Source: Lama guanicoe (taxonomy: Eukaryota). From it: a stretch of DNA of 64,000 nucleotides. Positions 49,379 through 61,097 of the stretch are shown here, piece after piece. Numbering within the stretch: position 1 is the first letter of the stretch; each line of letters starts with the position of its first letter. The position numbers and the translations under genes were made by a program. Below the pieces are notes generated by a model. The model was not told where the DNA came from and made no database searches. It was given only the letters and a program-made list of their open reading frames with translations. The DNA lies in contig MU053629.1 in assembly GCA_013239625.1 (NCBI GenBank), positions 344,676 through 408,675 of the forward strand, given 5' to 3'.

Positions 49379-50891
49379 GAATGACTTAGAGATGCCTGCT
49401 GTGCCCCAGGCTCTCAAAGTGATGCGTGAGGGGAAGCCACTCCTTCACCAGGTCGGCATCTCTCTGTGGGGGTCCCTGGGTTTAAGCAGAGGACTGTGCC
49501 TACTCTGTCTCCCTGAGCGTTCTGGTCACAGCCTGAGGAGACATGTGACAGTGTACATGCAGCTCTCTCCCTTGGACAAGGGAAGTATCTTTATTTATAT
49601 ATATGTGTATATATATTAAATTGAACATTAAAAGAAGACTTAGTTCACTTGCATTCGATTTTTGAATGCGAGATCAGTGCAGCACAGCCCTAGGGATAAA
49701 CACCTAGTTAAGCCCCCAAACTCTCCCCTACATATTTGCGGATATAGTTGGACCTCACACTGCCGTATTAAACATGATATTAGGTAATTACACATAATTA
49801 GGCAATTGAAACATGTGCCCTATCCCCAGGACACCAGAACAACCCCCTCCGAGTTGAGTAACTACAAATGTGACTGGACTGTTTGTTTGGTTTCTCAGGG
49901 TTCGTGCCCAGAAGAACCACATGTCATCTCAGACTCTGGAATTTTGAAACCAAACATTGACCGGTGGCTTATTTGAGTTTGGTGGTTCAAGTCTGGATGC
50001 TGGAGGAATGTTAAGAACTCAGCAAATAGGAATTTGTGCAGCTTTCTTTAGCTCTCCCCGTTCAGGAGAGTGCATAAAAGAAAGGGAGCTTTGCTTCAGT
50101 TGGTCCTGGTGTACATAAACATAAAAAGTGAGAAACTTCTAGACTGGAAGACCCAAAACAGATGCATATCCAGTTCCACGCCCCTGGTTACCAGCTTTCA
50201 TGTTTTCTGGATTTCATTTCTGTTGAACAAAATGTTCAAGTTAGGAATGCACGGGGGTAGACCTATCCAGGCCTCGGGCCCTGAGCGTGGCCCCCAGCAC
50301 ATCCCTTGTGGTGGGTCAGCAGGACACTGAGGGAGCATCTTCTGGAAGGATGTTCTTCCAGCTCCAGATGCACAGATACCCAGTTCACCTGTGATTCACC
50401 ATCATAGCAGGCCTCATCCTGGTGTAATAGTGGCTGGGCTGGGCTTGTTCGGTGTCCATCTGTATGTGTGGTTAATTGAAAACCTTTCTAAATATTGTAC
50501 CTTTATTAGATTTTTCATAAGAGACGATGTCTGGAAAAGAAGAATAGTCAACGTGATGGGAACATAATCCTCCACTTGAACAGAAGATGACTTGGTGTGA
50601 TGGGGGTTAAACAAGTAACAGATACAAGTTTCTATGAGTCTCTAAAGTAATGTTTCTGAGCTGTGGAGGACTAGGATCCACTCAGGGAACCCGTGAGTCA
50701 ATTTTGTGATCTAAGCGTCTATATGAAAATGGGTGTGAGATGTTTTTTACTTTTTTGTTTCACATTCCTGGGAAGTTTGTATTTTTTGAAGATAGATTTT
50801 ACTCATTGATCCACTATTTATTGAGCAACTACTAGGTACCATGCATCATGCTTCAGCCACACTTGCACTGGGCTGGAAGTATACAGAGTAC

Positions 50892-50919
50892 TGTATCCAT
50901 GTATCCATGTATCCATGTA
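50892..50919. repeat. (TGTATCCA)3.5 short tandem repeat
   Basis: Read directly; lies at the edge of an antisense L2 fragment (~50800-50890). Confidence 0.9.
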
Positions 50920-53900
50920 CACAAGAAAACATGGGTTAGAGCACTTTGAATGACACTCAGAGGCACGCTAATGTATCTTAGGTGTTTTTATTTTATTTTA
51001 CTGTTAAATATTGTAAAGTTTAAGTTCTTAGAGGCCAAGAAACTGCAGAAGGTGTTTTACTGAGCTCTGGCTAGGTTGCTGGCAACTTGCTGGAAGTTGT
51101 TTAGCTAATTTAAATACTTATATTTAACACTACTACTTGGCCATGACTAATTTAAGTTCCTTTGGTTTATTCACTGAAATGTGTATTTACAAAATTCTCA
51201 AGCTTCTTGTGAAACTCGCTGACTCCAGAAATCCCTCACAATTGGCAGGGGACAGAAGTGTCTGTGTTCTAGCTTAGTAAGCGCCCAGGAGAAGCCCTTG
51301 CCAGGCAGGCCTTTTCTGGTCCAGATGTATTTGACATAATTTCTGAAATAGACCGCGGCTTATGTCACTTGGTTTCTATTTTAGAGAGATGTGTTGAAAG
51401 AGGCGTTGGGAAACAGGCCCCAAATAGAGGGGCAGAAGCAGTGAGATGTGTCCTCTTAGGGTGAGGAACTCAGTTTCACCACCCAAACACCCAGGGAGTT
51501 TAAACTTCAAGGATGCACAGTGCTGGTCTAAGCGTCTTAGAGGGGGCTCGAGGGGGCTGGAGGAGCCTGGTTGTTTGCAGGTGGGTGGGAGGTCTCCTGG
51601 GCTGTGTTACAAATTGGTCTACTGGGTCGTTGGCTCCACTGTTCTTTAATTCTGTGATTTTTCTTTCATGTGCAACCTCTAACATTTCAATAAACTTCCT
51701 AACATGTTTGTTCAACAGAATTAACAAGACTTGTATCAGGTTGACTTCTTGTTATATGCATGGTTCTGTTTTATCTGTTATTGATTCAAAGCTGCCTTAG
51801 AAGAAATACCATCCAGACCTCTTAAAAGAGCAGCTGCCGGTGTGCAGCCTGTCAGGGACACAGGAGCACTACCTGGCCAGAACGTGCGTCAACAGTGGCA
51901 TTAGGAGTTAAGCAGGTACACAAATGGGTTTCATCTTCAGTTTCACATCCTGGTGATTAGAGTGGCTGCTGAGAGGCTTTGGGTGAGACAGATCATGAAG
52001 CCAAATCAACTTCTGTGGCCAAGAGTGCGGTGATAGATTAGTAATGTCTGCTGTGGCACCGGCAATGAAAGTTACTGCCATGCTGCTGGGTTTTGGACCA
52101 CATGTGACCTAGAACGTTAATTATAAAGACAGGTGCTCTTTTGCTCTGCCTCTGGGTGTCTATTGGATTTGGGCAAGGGTCATGGTCATAGCTCTGTTGC
52201 TTTGGGGGCAGGTGGAGCCATCCCCTTACTGACATGAGCTTTTAATCCCAGCCTCTGGTTGAGGGTACGAATGCCTCTGTTTTAGGTCAGGTTCACTTTT
52301 TTTCTCTCTATGTGAATAGGTATCTTCAAAAAGCTCCAGGATTTATGTGTGTTTAGGTGTCCACCAAATTGGCACGATGGCTTCTGCATCCTGAACTATA
52401 TTTTCTCCTTGAAATGACCAGAGTTAATAGCACTGTCTGCAAAAATGTATTGATTAACACAGCTATGAATCATTTATGCTACAACTGTCAGAGCAACAAA
52501 TTGATATACAGGCTTGAGGGTGTAGGAGGAGCACCAGACATCTGTGGTCCATCCCCTTCCCCACCCCCACCTCTGGTGGGAGCTGCCCGGGTCCTGACAA
52601 CTCATGGGGAAAGCATTAGAGAGGATGTAGTGGGATGAGCTCAGGGCCAAAAAGCATTCAGAGAACCATTGCAAGCCAGCCTTGGTCAGAAAGTCCAGCT
52701 TACTTCCAGGATGTCTGGCGGTGCACCATTTGTTTGCTGCTCTTGAAATAGTCAACATGACCTAATCCGGTAGTGGTGATTTCATGGAAAACAGACGGGA
52801 CACTGGGGAGCAAGCAGACTACCTCCTTGGTTTTTTGTTTTTTGTTTTTTTAAATTTTTGCATTTGGCAAAATATTTAAACAGACTGTTCTACTTTACCC
52901 TGTGGAAATACGTATATCCTTGCAAGCGAAAGGCAAACTTGCCTGTAAAGGAAGGTCTCTCTGGAAGGTCCTTTCCTATACAAGTTCCATTTGGCTTTAT
53001 TCCCCTCTTTGAGGTGCGAGCACAGCTTCGCGTGCAAAAGTTTTGCTCTAAACACGTGCCATCCCTTTAAACGTTAAGGAGTTGGTGACCTCCTCTCCCC
53101 TGGGCTCTTGCAGCTTGTATCATTCAGCTCATACAGTCGGGCACACAACTGATCCCAGCTGAGCTCCGTGGTGTTCACAGTGTAGCTGTAGCAAGAGGGA
53201 AGTTGGGAGTGAGGTGGAGCCAGCATTCACCATATTTAGGTCGAAACTTGGAAAGAAGGGTGATTACAAGGCTATTGAGACCAAGAAAAGCCCCCTGCAA
53301 CAGTGCCTTGAGCAGTAAATGGCAGCTCGGCAAGGGTCAGCCCCCCCATCCTGCTAAGTTCTCCGGGAAGCACCGGAGCCAGGGCAGCTGGGTGATGCTG
53401 AGGGCAGGTGGAAGTGCCTCCCTGGAGACTCCTCTCTTCCTTGGGGGCTTCCTGCTCTGGGGAGGGAAGGGTGTCCTGGCTGGCCTGGCCTGCACATTTG
53501 GGTCCTCCCAGCAAGGCTGTGTTAGCACTGTTGGGCTCAGATTTTAAGTCCTACTTCTTACTCTTCTCTTTTTCTTTTATGCTTAGGGGAATTGAACAAT
53601 ATGTTTGCAATATAGATGTCGTCGTTTGCAATATGGCTTTTCTTATTTTTTAAAGCTAATCGGGGAAACTTATAAATGTGGTATGCATTGTTATATGTGT
53701 ATATATATGTATTGCATACACATGTGTATATGTATATATATTGCATATACATATATAAAATTAGACAATGTAGGTGAATTAGGATCGGGTACAGTAAATG
53801 TACAGCCCATGGTTTATCTATCTCTGTGTGTTGTGCCCATAACAGATACTGTAAGATCCTGGGAGAGACAGCCACTGCCATTCAACGGGCGTTGTCATGT

Positions 53901-55429
53901 GTGAGGAAACCTGTTTTTCATTCTGGACACAGATTGGTCCTGAGACACAGGGCATTTGACGTATTCTACTCACTTTTCACAGGATGGGTCAACATGCCAC
54001 CAGCCTCTGGAAGCGCTTCAGTGGGCATGCGTGTTTATTTCTGGTGAATGGCCAGAGTCAGTGGCTCTGTGATGGTAAAAGCCTCCGGCCGGGGTTGGTC
54101 TGTTTCTTTTTGGGAGTGAGTTGTCAGGTGGGAACATGGAGATTTCAGCCTTGATTCCAGTGAACTTGGAGTTACAAAAGTTGCTTTGGGATGAAGTCAG
54201 AAGCCATTAGTGAGGGGGCAAGAAGGTATTTGGTGTCTGTGTCTTCCAGCTGTCTCCAGGTTAACCAGGGTCAGGGGTATTTCAGGGGCAGAAACTCCTT
54301 GTGCTGGGATGCGAGCTCGGATGCCATGCGAGGCAGGACTCCAGGTGCAGGGACTGGATTTGAGATGTGGGCGGGATAACTGGTCTCGTCATGCACTTGG
54401 CTCAGGTGTGCTCATGTTTAACCAAACACGTTAGTACGAACCCACCGAGTGCCCGACACTGTGCTCTCTGTCCTGGGTTCCTCCTCGACTGTGTGCCTTT
54501 GCTCACCCGTCCCCTCAGCCTCGTGTGCCTTCCGTCCTTCAGGTCTCACTTTGGGCCTCTCATGAATTGGATTCTTTCTACCTCTCCAAGGTCATATGTG
54601 ACTTAGACTTTAGCATCTAATTACTGCCAAATTAAAATGTTAAATTTACGGTACTCCTTTGCCTGTTTAAACGTCTTACATCTAACCTTGAGATAGAGAC
54701 CAAATCATTCCTGATTCTTGCATATCTTCTCCTCTCCTTGCTTATAGGTAGGTTAAGTCTAAAGGTAGAGGGTAAGGTGCATGTTGAACTTGGCAAGAGC
54801 GTGGTTCTCTCTGTGAATCCATAAAAACAGCTGAATGGCTGAGCATTGTTTTTTTTTTTTTTGGAAATAGATCCCTAGCCTAAAAAGTGGTAGAGTGGTG
54901 CTTGTGCCCAAGGACAGGGCGGGGTGGGGAGGCAGTGCTGGCTGTCCTTCTCTGCTCTGGGGAGTGTTCCTAGAGCAACCTCTTTGCTCTGCCCTCCCCT
55001 CCCCATCCTGTCCCTATCTTGCCCTGGGCTGTGGACTTCTAGATTACCAGAGCGGGAATCACTGACCACTCTGCTTCTCCTTAATGAGTGATATACCTCT
55101 CTTCTAGAATGGAGCTGTCATGCCAGGCAGCTTGTGATAGGGGTGCACGACTGCTTTTGTTTCATTCATTGAGCTCCTTGAGGCTGTTTCAACCATTTTT
55201 GTATCCTCCCATGTGGGGCCGAGCAAACACTGAAAGCATGAATCAGTGACTGTTAGAGGGACTACTTCCCTGAAGGAAGCAGCCTGTAAAGCAAGCTTGT
55301 TTCTATCTTTTTGGAAAATGGCCCACGGAAACAAAGCTAGGTTCTGGTTATAGTCACATGGGTGTGGACTAGACAGCTTGTTCAGCAAGTACTTTCTCAT
55401 TTTGCCTCCCCTTTCATGTTCAGGTTTTA

Positions 55430-55815
55430 AGAGCATTTCCCAAAGCGTGTGCTCTGTTGAACCAGTGCTGTCTCAGGTGCTGGGACGTGCAGGAAGGCTC
55501 CAACACAGGCAGAGATGGATTTGCTATGCACATGAAGCTTCAGGACCACTCATCTAGGGGTCCCTCCCAAGGCCCTGCACCTAATTTTGTGTTCTTTCTC
55601 CTAAGGAGGGCTTTCTAACTTGGGTGAGCTTCAGGTGGCCTCAGCCCTGAATACAAAACACTGAGCTGAACTATGATAAATGTTCTTTAAAAAAAAACCC
55701 CACAACTGCAGAACTTGTCAGAGCCTTTAATGTATGACTGTGTGAAAAGAGGGATATAATATTGTTTGCCAAACTTTTATTTATAGAGTACTTTCTTTGC
55801 GAAAGAATCTCATAG
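55430..55815. mobile_element. Charlie4-like hAT fragment with nested MER53 (~55510-55649)
   Basis: GCATTTCCCAAAGCGTGTG...CTGCAGAACTTGTCAGAGCCTTTAAT...TTTGCCAAACTT, interrupted by CAGAGATGGATTT...GAAGCTTCAGG...CCAAGGCCCTGCACCTAATTTTGT...AGCTTCAGG. Confidence 0.65.
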
Positions 55816-56294
55816 TACCCCTTCATTTCTCATAATGAAGCACATACTAAGTGCTCTGAGTCAGAAAGTTAGGGAGTTAGGTGCTCAGCTGGTTCGTAAC
55901 TGCTCATGTGAGCTGACTGCGTGGCTTGTCACTTTGGGACTCAGTGACATTATGTTGGTAGCTTGAATTGGCTATGGTGAGAGTATTTACACTATAGAAA
56001 TCTGCAAACCTGTCCCCAGGCAAGACCTGACTGATAGCTCAGTTTTATCTGCTCCGTGAGCCCCAGTTATCAGGAGGTGACGTGTGTTCACACTAAGGGC
56101 GTAAATGACGCGTTTGAAGAACATTCACATGAAAGGCTGACAAGGTGGAATCATTATTTGATCAAAGTACTCATGTTCTTCTGAAAAACGGGTGTTAATA
56201 CTTCCTTCTTCCCAGAAGAGAGTTACATTTTTCTCAATGAAAATGAGCTTAAATAGTTCAAATATGTACTCAACCTTGGAAATCAAAACATTTT

Positions 56295-56848
56295 GATGCT
56301 GTAACAAATTACCACAACCTTAGTAGTTTAAAGCAGCACAAACTTATCCTCTTACAGTTCTGGAGGTCACAAGTCACAAAAACAAGGTGTCAACAGGGCT
56401 GTCCATCTGGAGGCTCAAGGGGAGATTCTGTTTCTTTGGTTTTTCTAGCTACTAAAGGCCACGGGCTCTCCTTGGCTTGTGGCCCCATCTTCAGAGCCAG
56501 CAACATAGCATCTTCCAAGCTTGCTCTCTGACCTCCGCTTCCAGTGTCACTTCTTCCTTCTAACTGTGACCTTTCTTTAAAGGATCTTGTAAATACATTG
56601 GGCCCAACTGGATAATCTACAATAATCTCCTCATCCCCAGGTTTTTTTTTTCTTTTTAAAATCAAAATATAGTCAATTTGCAATGTTGTGTTAGTTCCTG
56701 GTGTACGGCATGGCTTTCGGCATGGTTATCTCAAGGCTCTTAATCACGTCTGCACATGTTATTCTGCTACGCAAAGTAATGTATTCACAGGTTCTGGGGA
56801 TTAGGAGGTGACTGTCTTTGAAGGAGGGGCAATATTCAGCCTATCACA
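56295..56848 (-). mobile_element. MLT1 (MaLR) solo LTR with nested short L1 tail at 56642-56727
   Basis: GCTGTAACAAATTACCACAA...CAGTTCTGGAGGTCA...TACATTGGGCCCA...TATTCACAGGTTCTGGGGATTAGGA...ATTCAGCCTATCACA. Confidence 0.9.
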
Positions 56849-56877
56849 GTTAATTATTTGTTACATTTATTCTTTAA

Positions 56878-57101
56878 AAGACCAGTTTCATAAATACCTT
56901 CTAGTATGTCTTCTGATTACTATGTTTGGTTTTGTCCACCCCCTTTCTGCTTCCATAACTGTTTCTAACATAAAACCACAGTTTGTTTTTAAGACCAGTT
57001 TCATAAATGCCTTCTAGTATTTCTTCTGATCACTATTTTTGGTTTTGTCCACACCCTTTCTGCTTCCTCAACTGTTTCTAATATAAAACCACAGTTTATT
57101 T
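56878..57101. repeat. Tandem duplication, 113-bp unit x2, ~92% identical
   Basis: AAGACCAGTTTCATAAAT... starts at 56878 and 56991; I counted about 9 substitutions and no indels. Confidence 0.95.
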
Positions 57102-57499
57102 CATCATCGTTAACAATTTCTGTTGGGTAGTGGCTTTCACTGGTAAAAGTCCAGCATTCTTTGTTAAAATGTTAAAACTTGGGCAAAAGGAAAAATTTTG
57201 GCTTATGAGCGAGCTCTTTATTAAACCTATAAAGGAGAATTTATTTTCTTCTTCAGCAATTTTTATTTCCAGCTACCTAAAAGGAGACCTAATCAAAATC
57301 CTCTCAAGTTCCCAAACTGGAAACAAAAAAAATTGAGGCGTATCCATCAGGAAGAGAAAAGACTAAGGTATGATGGCACAGCCCTTATTTCCCTAGTACC
57401 CTTGCAGGATGGAGAGTCTGGGGATCATTCGACAGGGGGCCTGTAAAATGGGAATCTGGTTCCTAGCAGTTCATCCTTTGGTATGAACAGAATTCACCA

Positions 57500-57910
57500 C
57501 CCCGTCAAGAAACGTTTGAGTGCCTACTGATGGAGCCTGGGAGGGACCTTCACACTTAATGGTGTGGAGAAGCAGGGTGAACCTGCCAGGAAGACTAAGC
57601 AGGTGTGGCCAGAGAGAGAGGGGGAAGGCTGGGGCGAAGGATGGAATGTGTTAAGGAGGTGAGCGAGGTTATGAATTCTAGGTGCTGCTGGGAGGATGGG
57701 ATGAGTGGCTCTAAGAAATGGCCTTTGTCTTTAATGACATGAGGCCATTAGTTACCTTAGCTGTGTCGATGGAGGTGACAAATCCCATGTGGAACCAGTC
57801 TTCAGATGGCCCTGGCCCTGTGGGTGGTGTAGTTCTTGACTGTAGTGGACAAAGGAAGCATAATAATAGGAGTCTTTTGGTTTTTATAAGGCCAGTGTCT
57901 TGGAGATTTT
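57500..57910 (-). mobile_element. L2 fragment
   Basis: CGTTTGAGTGCCTACTG...GAACCTGCCAGGAAGACTAAGCAGGTGTGGCCAGAGAG...GAGGCCATTAGTTACCTTAG. Confidence 0.6.
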
Positions 57911-59739
57911 GTGAATTACCAAATTGGTGATCATCACTCTGATGGTATGTGATTTACCCCATTAAATGTAATAATGTAGACTTTAAAGATTTTGGATCAA
58001 TTGATATTTCTGCTTTGTAGAGAACCATCATTGCTTAGTCCTCTTGACTTTGTTTCCAGCATCAGCATAAGGCTAATAGTGACTAATTAAGTCAACAGTC
58101 CGTAACCATAGTGTCCCTACTCACTACTATGTCACAATCAATTGTGAGCCATGTTAAAGTGATTGGTTGCTAATTATTGGTTAAGACGTTCCACTTTTGG
58201 AAGCAGAGTGATCCTTGTAATGAGATTGTTTTCCCTTGTATGGTTTCCAATGTGCTTTATTGAGTGGGGCAGAAAGCCAGCTGTTTCTAGGGATGCACTT
58301 GGTTCTGGCTGCTGGCATAGGGACATGGGGTTGAGAGGCGCTGCCTGTCATCTGCAGTGTTTGCATGGGCTGAGCACTGCTGGGCCTCAGGGAGGAACTA
58401 AAAAGTACAAAGAACCGCGATTTATGCTTTAACAAAATTATAGTTGCCATGTACCACGGCTGTGGAGTTACCAGGAGAATGCTCATGTCTGCTGCGCAGA
58501 TCAAGCACTGAGGGAGAGAGAATGGCGGGCTTGGGGAGGTCAGGGGTTTGAGAGACTTCTGTAGGAATTTACCTTTTGGAGTAGAACTGGATCTGTTGAA
58601 ATGTCCATGGAGGGGCACCTGCAGATGAGAGGGCTGACCCCAGGCCTCCAGGCTGTCTTCCTCATCCCTACCTGTGGGTCGGCATCACCTGTGGACTTTG
58701 TGAAGGTGCAGAGGCTTCCACCTTTGGAGGTCTTGACGCTACTTTAGCAGACAACACCCACCCCGTCCCCTCAAGTGGTTCTGATATATAAGCCATGTTA
58801 CTTTAATAAACAGGATCACGATCTCATCCCTGGACATCTTTAGGAACAAGTGGAGATGCGCACGTGCATCTGTGCATCCTTGCACACAGACACAGGCACA
58901 CACTCTTATACCCTTAAGTAGCCTTAGTTTGAATATAATGAGGCTTTACATTATATATGTAGCTCTAGAAGTAAATATTGAAATGTTTAGTATGATATTC
59001 CAGTAGACCACAGTCAGTTGTCTTATTTAGCTCTACAAATTGCACATGTGTTAGTCTTGTTCTTAATATTCTTGATACTGAGCCCTGAAGCCTTAAACTG
59101 CCAATAAGCATTGTGGAATCTTCAAAGAGTACTTAACTTCTGTTTAGCAAACTCTCGTATTTCTTGGATCTTCTTTTTGTGTTTCAGTTCTTTTATACTT
59201 GGTGTGATTGTGTCATACTCCCTGGGGTATTCAGATCACTCAGATACCCTTTCTTCCTTTACCTGCTGCTGGAAAGCCAGCTGGAGCCTGGAAGGATAAG
59301 ACTTATTTAAATTACAGAAGGAATACTAGCTAAGGAGTTGGAAGACCTGTGTTCTAGTCATGGTTCTTCGATTAACTTTTTATGCCTTTGGAAAATCCAT
59401 TTTACATCTCTAGGCTCCAGTTTCCATGTATATATAAACCTTACTTGATGATCTGAGGTTTTAAAAATTGTCTGTTTTAAGATGCATGTGGTTTACAACA
59501 TCAGATCTAACACTTTCAAATTAAAAAATTTCTCGAGCGAATCTCTACTATACAGGAGGTAGACTGGGGTTTGCTGGAAATTCAGACATGAGAGACATGT
59601 TTCTAGCTCAAATGGATATTCTACTTAAGATAATACCCAAATACATACAGAGCCAAATAACAAACGATGAAATAACCATTCAAGTCAGTTAAATAGTGAA
59701 CTATAAGATGTGGCATAATAAGCTGCTGGATGAATGGGG

Positions 59740-60027
59740 TAGCTCAGCATTTCCCCACATCTTCTGTGGGTCTTCAGTTCTGCAGCATAGTAATAGGTTT
59801 TCCTTGACGGATAGGTTCCTAAATGAGTCAGCATTTAGAAAATGTGAGGTCAAATAAAATTAAACAGTTTATTAAAGACCTTCTCTGAGTCATGATCTCC
59901 ATAATGAATGCATATCTGCATAATCTTCGGTCTCCCAGACTATACTGTCCAAGAAGCCCTTTCTGTTTTTCTTTTTTAATATTATGGACTATTCACTAAT
60001 GGAATGGAATGCAATTTGGGAAGTTGG
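59740..60027. mobile_element. Degenerate Charlie4-like hAT fragment
   Basis: CAGCATTTCCCCA...AATAAAATTAAACAGTTT...GACCTTCTCTGAG...GCAATTTGGGAAG; similar to the 55.4-55.8 kb element. Confidence 0.5.
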
Positions 60028-60424
60028 TATTCATGATATGCGTTAGAAGTTTAAATTGGTGAGAGGTGGCTTGAAGCTGGATGGCCAGGGAAATAAGTGG
60101 GCATAGCCGGTGGCTGAATTGTCAAGACAAGTGAATGGAAGTGGCAGTACAAAGGACCCCTATCACTTTTTTCAAAGCCTCTCAGGCTCAGTCTTCCTTC
60201 TTGGAAGGCCTCCTTTGAATTAACCCCTCTCAAGCTCCAAATCCCCTGAGGGTGTTAGGGGAACTCACTTCCTACCACCCCTCACTCCAGTGCCTTTCTA
60301 TTTTTGTGCCCACTGTTTCCAATAGCAACAAGCTGCTTTCTAGCCTCACACTGCCCTCATGTGCTATTGTAAGGGGTTCCTGGCACCGAAAAAGAACCTG
60401 GCTACTCCTTATCCACAGGGGGCC

Positions 60425-60483
60425 AGGACTGAACGGCTCAGGCTGGCCCAAGGACTGAACGGCTCAGGCTGGCCCAAGGACTG
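60425..60483. repeat. Perfect 26-bp tandem duplication (2.3 copies)
   Basis: AGGACTGAACGGCTCAGGCTGGCCCA at 60425 and 60451, then AGGACTG at 60477. Confidence 0.97.
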
Positions 60484-60629
60484 GCTGCACTGAGTCACCT
60501 GGGGCTCCCCCTCCCCTGGGCTACTGATGGAGACTCTTCCAGAGAGGAGCCCAGGAATCTGCACTTTCAGCACACCCCAGGTCCGCGGATTTAGGAGATG
60601 AACTTGGAAGCCTGGCCCTGGTGGGGTCC

Positions 60630-61097
60630 CAGTGGTCCTATCACCCTGTTACAGGCCTTCCAGGGTCAGACCCCCTTATCCAAATCCTCTGCTGTAGCTC
60701 CTCCCTGAAGTGCCCAAATTATAGTATCTTCATGTATATTTCTTGAGTTTTTTCAATGCTTAAAACCACCGCCAAAGGGAAGAAATGAACTACCTAATGA
60801 TTGAGAGCTCATAGCCCTAGACCTTCTGGCACCTGGGAGTTGATAGTGTTGACCATCCTGTTACCTCAACATCAAGAGAATTGTGCACAAGCTGATCATG
60901 TACCCTGCACTCCACCTCCCTTACCTGGACTTTAAATATGCTTTGCTGAAACCCTTTGGGGAGTTTGGGGTTTTTTTGAGCATAAGCCACCCATCCTTTC
61001 TCGGCCCTGCAGTAAACCTTCCTCTGCTCCAAGCTCTGACGTTTCTTTTTGTTTGGCCTCATGATACGGTGGACACACGAACTTGCCTTCGGTAACA
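60630..61097 (+). mobile_element. ERV1-class solo LTR (5' boundary approximate)
   Basis: AGCTGATCATGTACCCTGCA, TATA-like TTTAAAT, polyA-like CCCTGCAGTAAA, ending TTCGGTAACA; homologous to 35443-36010 in the opposite orientation. Confidence 0.75.

Noticed and set aside
20780..51470. Possible internal exons at strong-looking acceptors (~20800, 29633, 40218, 48785, 49898, 51384)
   Set aside because: Such acceptor-like motifs are frequent by chance and no convincing acceptor-donor pair encodes a recognisable peptide; RNA-seq would be needed.
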